NCBI GenBank assembly: GCA_937966555.1
Contig: CALCLY010000036.1
Location: forward strand, 122,116 to 186,115
DNA from: an uncultured Clostridia bacterium
GTDB lineage: Bacteria; Bacillota; Clostridia; UMGS1883; UMGS1540
Length of the DNA stretch: 64,000 bases
Direction: 5' to 3'
Shown piece by piece: positions 35,321 to 44,100 of the stretch. Position 1 is the stretch's first letter; every line of letters starts with the position of its first letter. Both the position numbers and the translations under genes were made by a program. The notes beneath the pieces were generated by a model. The model was not told the DNA's origin. It did not search any database and was given only the letters and a program-made list of their open reading frames with translations.

Positions 35321-36100
35321 TTAATAGCTTCCGCCCCTGCCGCCGTGGGTTTCGCCCGACGACGATGTGTGGGTTCCGGAATTGTTTTTTTGTTTTTCCG
35401 TTTTTGTGACCGTACTGTAAAGAAATATATCCCTTGAATCATGCATATTCATGCTTCCGGGCTTCATGTAATCGGACGCATAATCCTGTTTTACGGCTGT
35501 TTTCATTTTTTCCAGCTGCTTTTTCGTCATGTAATACGCCAGAAGCAGCGGAAGGAGCAGCGCTCCGCCGATTACGCAAAGAAGGTAGCCTAAGGTATAC
35601 TGTTTTTCGTTAAAGATATTGCCGCTGCTTGCCATGCCCAGAAGCTTTTCCGATTGTTCGAAAAACGCCTCTGCCGCGGCATCGAAGTTATCCTCCTTGA
35701 GAAAGGGCAAAACTTGTTTTTCCATATACGCCAAGCCGTTTTTATTAAAATATTTGATACCCTTGCCGTGTGTTGAGAAATGATACGCTCTCGGCATTTC
35801 GGAAATGTAAAGAATAATACCGTCTTTTTCCGCGCCGCAGCCGTAGCCGCCGTAGTCGAAAATATCGTCTGCGCGGCTTTCCGCATCATCGCCCGACATG
35901 TATTCCTCCGTGTATATCGCTACGTCAAAATTGTATTTGCTTCTTATTGCGTCGGCTTTTTTCGAGAGCTTGTCAAATTCGCTTTCCGACAAAAGCTCCG
36001 CCTCGTCCGTAATCGACGGATTTGCAAAATCCGCAAGGGCTCCGAAAGCCGACGTAAGCAAAAGAATAGCCGCCAAAAACGATAAAAGTATTTTTTTCAT
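35321..36100 (-). CDS. TPM-domain membrane protein (YdjH-like)
   Basis: Start set at ATG 36100 (GGAGG 8 nt upstream). Signal peptide, then TPM pattern ITDEAELLS...DVAIYT...DGIILYIS. C-terminal TM and Gly-rich tail. Confidence 0.75.
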   Translation of the reverse strand: MKKILLSFLAAILLLTSAFGALADFANPSITDEAELLSESEFDKLSKKADAIRSKYNFDVAIYTEEYMSGDDAESRADDIFDYGGYGCGAEKDGIILYISEMPRAYHFSTHGKGIKYFNKNGLAYMEKQVLPFLKEDNFDAAAEAFFEQSEKLLGMASSGNIFNEKQYTLGYLLCVIGGALLLPLLLAYYMTKKQLEKMKTAVKQDYASDYMKPGSMNMHDSRDIFLYSTVTKTEKQKNNSGTHTSSSGETHGGRGGSY

Positions 36101-36113
36101 GCCTGCCGCCTCC

Positions 36114-37193
36114 TCAGTGTAACAGGAAATATGCAATTACCGCCGCAGCAACGTACGCGATGCCTGCAATTTTCGCAAAATATATGTTTTTCTTCTTTTT
36201 GTCAACGGGGTATTCTCCCACCACCTTGCCCGTCTGCCCGTTTATGGCGAATTTGTACATTGTATTCATGTACTTGATGTTGAGCATCCACACCGGAAGC
36301 AGCGAATATCTGATTTTACCGCCTGAAAAGCTTATTCTCGTGCTTTCGGGAATTACCGCCGCATAGCCGCCCGTGGTTTCACGAAATACCGAAACCGTCG
36401 ATGCCTTGACGCGCTCGTTTGCTCTTTCTATGCTATCCTCCGCCGTAACGTCGTATTTGTCCGCCAGATATCCCGAAAGATACGCTCCGTTAAAAACGAC
36501 GGCGTCCTCGTAATTGAAGGGCTCGACAGCCTCCATATATGCGTTGTCCGCCTTTTTCGAGCCGTCAACGGGGATATTGGCAAAGCCGACGCTGCCGCTT
36601 CTGAAAAGTCTGTAATAATCGGTTTTTGTATAATTGTAGCTCGAATCGCTCCAGCTTGTAACCCTCTGCGCGCTGTATGTAATCGCCGCGTTGCAGTCGC
36701 AGTCAAACATCCAGAACGGTACGTAAACACCTGCCATTTCTTCTATTTTCTTTTTTACCTTAAATTCGTCCGGCAGAAACGGCGCATTTTTAAAATCATC
36801 TTCAAACGCCGCCGTTGCCGCTTTTTTATCCTTTTTGAACGGAATGATGTAATCGGGGCGGAGCGTTCCCTCAAACTGTCCCTTGATTACCGCGGCGTCG
36901 CCGCAATAAGGGCATACGGTAGAGCCCATGGTGTCATCGCCCGTTATTTCAGCGCCGCATGAAGGGCAGGTGTAGCTTGCAAGATCAATTTCTCCGTCCG
37001 CTTCATAATTTCTCGGCTCGTAGCTCTCCCAGTCATATTTTGATTCACCCTGCATTTCGGCGTTCGCATCGTCGATTTGCCGCATAGCGTCAAGCTCAAA
37101 ATTGTTTCCGCAGGAATCGCAGTGCAGCGATTCGTTTTTGAAAACCAGCGCAGCTCCGCAGCAGGGACATTTATAGCTTTGTACAGTTTCCAT
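36114..37193 (-). CDS. multi-zinc-ribbon protein with C-terminal TM anchor (YdjG-like)
   Basis: CPCCGAAL..CDSCGN and CPSCGAEI..CPYCGD ribbons. C-terminal TM IAGIAYVAAAVIAYFLL. Confidence 0.55.
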   Translation of the reverse strand: METVQSYKCPCCGAALVFKNESLHCDSCGNNFELDAMRQIDDANAEMQGESKYDWESYEPRNYEADGEIDLASYTCPSCGAEITGDDTMGSTVCPYCGDAAVIKGQFEGTLRPDYIIPFKKDKKAATAAFEDDFKNAPFLPDEFKVKKKIEEMAGVYVPFWMFDCDCNAAITYSAQRVTSWSDSSYNYTKTDYYRLFRSGSVGFANIPVDGSKKADNAYMEAVEPFNYEDAVVFNGAYLSGYLADKYDVTAEDSIERANERVKASTVSVFRETTGGYAAVIPESTRISFSGGKIRYSLLPVWMLNIKYMNTMYKFAINGQTGKVVGEYPVDKKKKNIYFAKIAGIAYVAAAVIAYFLLH

Positions 37194-37214
37194 TGTTTCC
37201 CTCCTTTTTGCCCG

Positions 37215-37251
37215 GCCGCTCCCCGTGTCCGTTTTCGGGCAGGGGAGCGGC
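37215..37251 (-). other. intercistronic GC-rich hairpin
   Basis: GCCGCTCCCC (37215-37224) pairs with GGGGAGCGGC (37242-37251), perfect 10 bp. No U-tract follows. It lies between the 129-aa gene and the ydjG-like gene. Confidence 0.6.
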
Positions 37252-37263
37252 TGACACTTTTGC

Positions 37264-37653
37264 CTATGCCTTGTTTTTTGCCGCTCCGATTATGTATAAA
37301 ATCGGAACAATCAAACCCGAGGCATAACTCATGATATTGAATTTGCTGCCGACTACGTTTGACATAACGTTTCCGGCTACGCTGAGCAGAGCCACAATAA
37401 CGCCCATAACAAGGCACGCCTGTGCCTTTTCCGGCTTCTCGCAGTTTTTCACGCCCATAATCCCCGCTATCAGCTGGAACACGGCGCCGGCGAGAATAAG
37501 AACACTTGCAAGCGTCAGAGTACCCGTGCTTGTGTCAAGCAGCGCCGCCATTGTTGCCACACTGACAAGAGCGACAATACCTCCGATGATACCGAACGCG
37601 CTGCCGATAATCATCAGAATTCCCGTGACCTTCAAAAATTGCTTTCCTTTCAT
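37264..37653 (-). CDS. small 4-TM membrane protein
   Basis: 129 aa, hydrophobic throughout, with no recognized family. Confidence 0.5.
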   Translation of the reverse strand: MKGKQFLKVTGILMIIGSAFGIIGGIVALVSVATMAALLDTSTGTLTLASVLILAGAVFQLIAGIMGVKNCEKPEKAQACLVMGVIVALLSVAGNVMSNVVGSKFNIMSYASGLIVPILYIIGAAKNKA

Positions 37654-37712
37654 ACCGAACCTCCTTTAAAAAATATTTATATCTGTTTTTTCAAAAAGAT
37701 ATGACAAACGTG

Positions 37713-40700
37713 TTATTCCACCGTTACGACATCGCAGAGCGGCTGCATACCTTGGCTTTCGTGTCCCCAGAGCATAAGCTTGTAAACGTATCCGTCGCCG
37801 GGAGTGCCTTTTAAATAGTAATCCTCCCGATTAACATATTTTATAAGGTAATTTACAAGATTTCCGTTTGCGTCATACTTGGCGCTGTGAAGCCTTGCGC
37901 TGCTGTCAGGTGCAAAGCCGATTACGGTGTTAAGCTCTTTGTTGTAGCTGATAAAGGCTGCGTCCTCCGGCGCAATCAGCGCATACCATGCGTTCGGCAC
38001 ATCGCCGGGGTCTGACATGACATACGACAAATCGCTGCTGTTTTTTGCTCCTACGACTTTCATGGGAGAATATTCGCTTTGCGTAAACATCTGCGTAAAT
38101 GCCTTAAAGCTTGTGCCGTTGTAATTTCCCCAATAAATTTCCGTTATGCCGTAAGCAAGCATCGTTTTGCCGTCAAACGCGGTTTTGCAGTCCCTCACGC
38201 TCAGCTTTTCGGCAAGATTTTCGATTTTCGTGGCTTTTATGCCCTTGTCATACGTCAGCTTGCCCGCACCATTGATTGTGAGTGTTCCGCTGCCGTAAAA
38301 AGAAACCTTGCCTCCGCACAGAATACCCACGGCATCTATAGTGTCCGCTTCGATGATACTGTTTCCCATAAGCTCTATGTCAAGGTCGCCGTTTGCATAA
38401 ATTCCGACAGATTCCGCCGTGGCGTAAATCGGATGCGTATCAATATGCGCATTGTTCAGCGTCAGCTTTGCGGGAGACATTGATGTTTCCGGAGTAAAGC
38501 TTACCGCTCCTCCAAACAGCGCCTCGGCATTGTCCTGCGTGATGCTTTCGCCACCCACCGTTATTATAGGTTCGGCAAATACCGCATAAAGCGAAAGCCC
38601 CATAGGTACGAAAACCTCATCTCCCGGCAGATAATCCACCGTTTTGCCGTTTCTGTCGACAGTCCAGCCCAAAAAGCTGTATCCGTTTTTTATCGGACGA
38701 ACATTGGGCAGAATTACTTTATTATACATTTTCATCCGTATGGTTTTATACGGCTGGCTGCCGGCTTCTCTTTTATCGAACAGGAAGAGAACCGTGCTGC
38801 TCTGCATATCGCTTTTTGTAAACGAATTGACAGCAGACGGCTGATATCCGCACTTGGCGCAGGTTTTGCGATACAGCCCGTCTACGGTGTCGGTTGCTTC
38901 TCTTAAAAGCTCATATTTGTAGATGTGTTCTTCGTCCTTCTTGTACGTCACGGTATTTCCGCTCTCATCCTCGTAGCTGCAGCGGCTGCATATAAGGCTG
39001 TGGTTTGTACCGTCCTTCGGGGTGCACGAATCAAATATATGCCTTACAGAGTGACTGACAAGGTTGCCGTTTACCCCTTTTGTAACTTCTTCGCCGTTTA
39101 CCTTTACAACGCATCTGTATGTTTCGCTTTCCGGCATCCTGTTTGTTATGACAAATCCCGGCGTCTCATAGCCGACAAACATGCCGACGCCTACCCCATA
39201 ATCAACAAGCTGTTTTATGCTGATAAACGCCGAATCCTGTTTAAGCTGCCAGTCATATGTAACCGTTGCCCCCTCGGGCGCGCACACCTTGATGTGGAAT
39301 GCGGCGCTCCTGTCACACTCCGTAACAACCTTGTCTGTAAGGTTTTCGATAAAGGGCGCGGTTTCCGTTCTCCCGATATGCACCGGAAGATATTTGCTCT
39401 CGTCGCCCGACGTCACCGTCAGCGTAAAGCTTTTTTCCTCCGTTGCCGCGGACGGGTAAACGCCGGTGATATAACGATTGCCTGTGATTGAAAGCCCGTA
39501 AGCTGCAAATTCCGCATCGCCCGTCACCGTATAGCTGTCGGCACAGCTTATATAATTTTTCAAATCAACATTGATGGAAGATCCCGAAACACCTGCCGGA
39601 ATTTCGACGGGCTTCAGGTTATATACTTTAAACTCCGAAGCTTCCGCGCAAGTATATTCACGTCCGATGTATATGTCCCTTGAAGGCTTGGAAAGATGAT
39701 TCTCAACGGAGACATCGTTTATATACAGCTTTGTTTCCGCCGTAAACCAGGCGTCACCCGTGGCTTTTTCATAGGCGCCGTATTCGTATACGGTATTTTC
39801 GGTATATTCCTCCAATAAGCTGTATTCGGCTTCTCCCGCAAACAGCGCGTTTTGTGCCTCATTGTCCGAAATAATATTCCCGTCATCGTCTTCATAACTC
39901 TGCATTACGGTATACTCCGATGTTCCGAGAGGATAAAAAACGGGTTTTCTGCCCGGCATCGGCTCGATATTGTAAAGCCGCAGCTCTTTTATTATCGGCT
40001 TCCATTGCGCGTAGATTGTCGTATCCTTATTATATACCCTGCCGAGGTCAACCCGTTCGCCGCCTTCGGGCTCGGTATACCAACCCTCAAGATAAAACCC
40101 TTCTCTGTTGATAACGGTGTGGTCATAATGTAAACTCATAATCGTTCCGTCAATCCCCGTCTGCATCTCAAGCGTTGCGGCGCCGGCAGCGCCCACAAAG
40201 CTGCCGCCGTTTGTGTCAAGCGTTATCGTGTTTGGCTTCGGACTTTTGATTGTGTATTCGAACGTAACGCTCGGTTTGTTCACTCCCACGGTGCTTTTTC
40301 TTATCGCTCTCGGCGGCGCGCCGTCCGTCAGCAGTATCTGAGTATTCCGACTCATGCCGAAGCCTTCCTCAAAATCAAACGTCACCGTCAGCGTGCAGCG
40401 GGTTGTGTTTTTAAAACTCGTTGCATTGACATAGCTTTTTTTAATGGGGTCATATACCTTCCATTTAATCCCCCATATGCTGTAAGGTCTGCCGGCAGAC
40501 ACCTTTACCGCCTGCGTCAGCTCCTCTACCGAGCTGTTTGGCCCGGGCTGCTGCACGCCCATAAGCTCAAGCGAATCCAAATAATTCTTCCTAACTCCTT
40601 CGGTGCACAGATTTTTTGTTTTTATATACAGATACCCGGCATAATAGTCTATGTTTTCTTGCGGCACAGGCTCATCGTCAATATAAAACGCGGTACTGCT

Positions 40701-41033
40701 GTTTACCACATAATTTCCGTTTTTGATGATCACTTTAAAACGGTAATAATACTCTGTGCCGCTGTCAAACGGGTCATAATTTGAACTCAGCTTTGCATCG
40801 TCGCAAGCCCTGTACCACTTTCCCTCATCAATCTTTAATATCTCGTCGGAACCGGGACAGGTTAATTTAACAGGCGCTGCTTTGACGCCTTTCTTAATGC
40901 TTACCTCGCTCATCCCCTCAAACCTCACTTCGGGTATAACGGTTTGAGCCGCAAGCGTTGTCTGCGGCAAAACGCCCAAAAGCACTGCCGCGCAAAGAAC
41001 AGCCGAAAAAAGCCTGCCCTTTTTTATTTTCAT
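37713..41033 (-). CDS. large secreted protein with Flg_new repeats and H..C-x2-C modules
   Basis: Start revised to ATG 41033, giving MKIKKGRLFSAVLCAAVLLGVLPQTTLA as signal peptide. FYLEGWYTEPEGG and YSFLGWTVDRNG repeats. CSRCSY...DGLYRKTCAKCGY module. Confidence 0.65.
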   Translation of the reverse strand: MKIKKGRLFSAVLCAAVLLGVLPQTTLAAQTVIPEVRFEGMSEVSIKKGVKAAPVKLTCPGSDEILKIDEGKWYRACDDAKLSSNYDPFDSGTEYYYRFKVIIKNGNYVVNSSTAFYIDDEPVPQENIDYYAGYLYIKTKNLCTEGVRKNYLDSLELMGVQQPGPNSSVEELTQAVKVSAGRPYSIWGIKWKVYDPIKKSYVNATSFKNTTRCTLTVTFDFEEGFGMSRNTQILLTDGAPPRAIRKSTVGVNKPSVTFEYTIKSPKPNTITLDTNGGSFVGAAGAATLEMQTGIDGTIMSLHYDHTVINREGFYLEGWYTEPEGGERVDLGRVYNKDTTIYAQWKPIIKELRLYNIEPMPGRKPVFYPLGTSEYTVMQSYEDDDGNIISDNEAQNALFAGEAEYSLLEEYTENTVYEYGAYEKATGDAWFTAETKLYINDVSVENHLSKPSRDIYIGREYTCAEASEFKVYNLKPVEIPAGVSGSSINVDLKNYISCADSYTVTGDAEFAAYGLSITGNRYITGVYPSAATEEKSFTLTVTSGDESKYLPVHIGRTETAPFIENLTDKVVTECDRSAAFHIKVCAPEGATVTYDWQLKQDSAFISIKQLVDYGVGVGMFVGYETPGFVITNRMPESETYRCVVKVNGEEVTKGVNGNLVSHSVRHIFDSCTPKDGTNHSLICSRCSYEDESGNTVTYKKDEEHIYKYELLREATDTVDGLYRKTCAKCGYQPSAVNSFTKSDMQSSTVLFLFDKREAGSQPYKTIRMKMYNKVILPNVRPIKNGYSFLGWTVDRNGKTVDYLPGDEVFVPMGLSLYAVFAEPIITVGGESITQDNAEALFGGAVSFTPETSMSPAKLTLNNAHIDTHPIYATAESVGIYANGDLDIELMGNSIIEADTIDAVGILCGGKVSFYGSGTLTINGAGKLTYDKGIKATKIENLAEKLSVRDCKTAFDGKTMLAYGITEIYWGNYNGTSFKAFTQMFTQSEYSPMKVVGAKNSSDLSYVMSDPGDVPNAWYALIAPEDAAFISYNKELNTVIGFAPDSSARLHSAKYDANGNLVNYLIKYVNREDYYLKGTPGDGYVYKLMLWGHESQGMQPLCDVVTVE

Positions 41034-41154
41034 ACAATTCAGCTCCTTTTTTCTTTCGGCGCGCGGCAGCTGCCGCGCTCCTACTGCTTTTTTTATGATT
41101 GTTTCTCCGTCGGCCGGGCCGCAAAATGCCGTAAGCCCGACTTGCATATTGGTT

Positions 41155-44100
41155 TTATGAGCCTGTTATTTTCAGTCTTGCCGAAGGCAAAAGAGGTTTT
41201 ATGTTCTTGTCATAGTTAAACATAAACGCTCTTATCTCATCCGCATCCGAAATATTCAGCTCAAGGGTGCCGACGGAAGCGTCGAGTACCGGCATATCCA
41301 TTTGGCGGATAAATTCTCTTTTTATGTCAATCATCCGTCCGTTTTTGTAGCTTGCTATCCAAATATAGGCAGAGAGTCCGCCGTTGGAAGCGTGGATGCA
41401 ATACTCACCGTTTTTCTCGAACAGCTGCAAGACAGGTTTTTCGGTAAGCTTCGGAAGCGTTACATCCTCTTCGTAAAGGCATACGGAGCAGACATGATGG
41501 CCGATTCCTTCCTCGGTCAAAGTCGGTTTTTTGGGAAATACCATCTGATTGTAGCGGTGAGGAATCACGCGGAGCTTTTCGGAGCAGTCCGGACTCTCGC
41601 ATTCCAGCCAGTGACTTGTTTCGTCGTGCTCATATGAACTGTTGACAAAGGAACAGACATGCGTCAACGCTGCTATCGGCGCGGTTTGTTCGTTCCAGCA
41701 GCCGGCTTGCGAGCAGATGCGTTTCTTAAGGCCCGGCGCAGCTGCTGTCGGTGCCGTAACGGTCACCCAGTCGCTGTATGTATGGCGAACATAGGAGTTG
41801 TCGGAACGTCCGCAAGCTTCGTCGGAGCAAGTATTCCAGTGCGCAATGTTGTCATGCGCCACCACGGTGAAGCTGTGCGTATGCGGTGCGGAAAGCTTGG
41901 GAATGCTCTGCTTCTGCCTTGTTAAGCCGCAGTCGGCACAGTAATAGGTCTGCTCGCCCTCGGCGTCAACCGTAGGCTCCTTGGTGGTTTTCCAATAACC
42001 CGGTGTGTGCGACTGCAAATAAAATTCTTCGTAACAGTTTTTGCACAGTACCATATGTCTGTCTGTCCGACTGCCTGTATATGCCACACTATTTCTGTAC
42101 TCATAAGACGAGGTGTCATGCTGAGGAATAATGCGAATCGGATTGGACTGCGCCGTGCCGCCGTCGCCGGTAACAACGCAGACAAACATGAATTCATCCT
42201 CATATCGCAAAACCTCGCCGCACATGGCGTCATACAGCCCAACGGTCAGCGTATCGGTTTTTGTGCCCGCATGACCGTTTTCGGGGTGTTCCTCTATGTC
42301 GGGAACTTTATACAACTTAACATCTCCGTTGGCATCGTAATAAGCGTTGTACCACTGATAAGTAAGATTGTTGCCGCGCGCCTTGACCGAAAGCTTTACG
42401 AAGTTGTCGTCGCGTCCGTGTCTGTAGGTCGGCTTTATTTCGGCAGGCGACTGCCATGTGATGCGCACGGGGCGGATCCTTCCGCAGGCAACGCAGGAGT
42501 CGCCGTGGCGCCAGTCGTGTGCGCCGATATTCACGCGCTTGCCGCCGTCGGGGCAATCAGAATTGGAGCAGATCTTCCAATGCTGCGTTTCGTTCATCTG
42601 CCACTCATCCGTTTCGTGCGGCAGGTTGATAAAGAACCGCACGTCGCTGTTGTAGTATGCCTCATAATTTCCAAGCTCGTTATGTGCGCGCAGGATAAAT
42701 TCGTATCTGCCGCACTGACCGTACAAGTGCTTGAACAGACGTTGGCACTGCGGCTCCTGTAAATCCAAAATAACGCTGTCTTTGGTATAGGTTACCAGCT
42801 GCTGGGCATACATATTCCAAAACGGCGTGCTCTGCTGCGGATTTATCTTCATCCCCGTTTCGGGGTCGATAATCGACATCTTTACATTTTCGCCGCATAG
42901 CAGCGTATATGGAATTACCAGTTTTTCACCGAATATCGCCGTAAATTCGTCCGCAGCGTAATATTTTTCTTTGCCGTTGACATATGTAACGTAGTCCCAT
43001 TCAAGATCTTTGCCGCCGACCGTATCAATTGCCGGCGCGGCAATTTTCTTATAATAACAGTTCAAAGCGCCGCAGGCATAGGGGTTCTTCGAGAAATCGT
43101 GCGTTGTTTTTGTGCTGGCTTTTACATCGCCGCAAAGGCTGCATTGCCTCCAGTGATGCGTTGCGTTATACGCCAGCACTTCACTGCCTTCGCACGTTCC
43201 GTTTACGCAGGCGGACGAAACACTGCTTGTTTTTCTCAAAAAGTATCCGCAGTCAAGGCAGTTGGAATGTATGATTGCAATAGGTTTTCCGAAAACTTCG
43301 GAAAAGTTTTCACGAACCCATTCTCCGAATCTGTGTCTGTTTTGGTTCATCGCCATACCGCAAATGGTACAGGTCTGATAATGTCTGTTGACGTCCCCCT
43401 GTACATAGGTGCTTCCCGGCGTATGCGTATGTGCGCCGTGGGAGCATTTCGAGAAGCAGGTTCCGTGCGATGTGCAATAGTGGTCGACCCATTTCGGGTC
43501 GCTCGGACATATGTCGTTTCCGCAGGAGCAGGGCGTTGCCGCCTTGCAGCAGACAAGGCACTTGCCGCAGTATTGGCACATCTCGCCGGGCGCAAAGCAC
43601 TTATTGCACGTTTTGCAGAAATGCTTGCTCCAGCCCGAGGAGCCCGGGCAAACGTGTGTATGCGTGCATTGCTCCTCCTCGCGCATCTGATTGCAGCAGC
43701 CGGCACAGCCGCCGCAGATGTTACACAAAACCTCTACACAGCCGCCGTGTTCCTCGCAGTAATGGCTTCTCCATTCGCTTCCTTCTATACATATGCCGTG
43801 TTCGCAGCCCAGAAAATCTGCGTTGCTTAAACAGCAATTCAGACAGTAGCCGCAGTCAGGGCAAAACTCATTATCCTCAAAACAGTTGCCGCAGTTGCCG
43901 CAGCGGTGGGTATCCGCGTCCCACTCCGTGCTTTCAACGCATATGCCGTGGTCGCAGCCATTCCTCTGACTTTCGTTAAGGCAGCACTCTGCGCAAAGGC
44001 TGCAGTCATCACACATCTCATCTTCTTCAAAGCAGTTTTCGCAGGATTGGCAGCGGTGAGAATAATCGTCCCAGTCGCTGCTTTCCACGCATATATCGTG

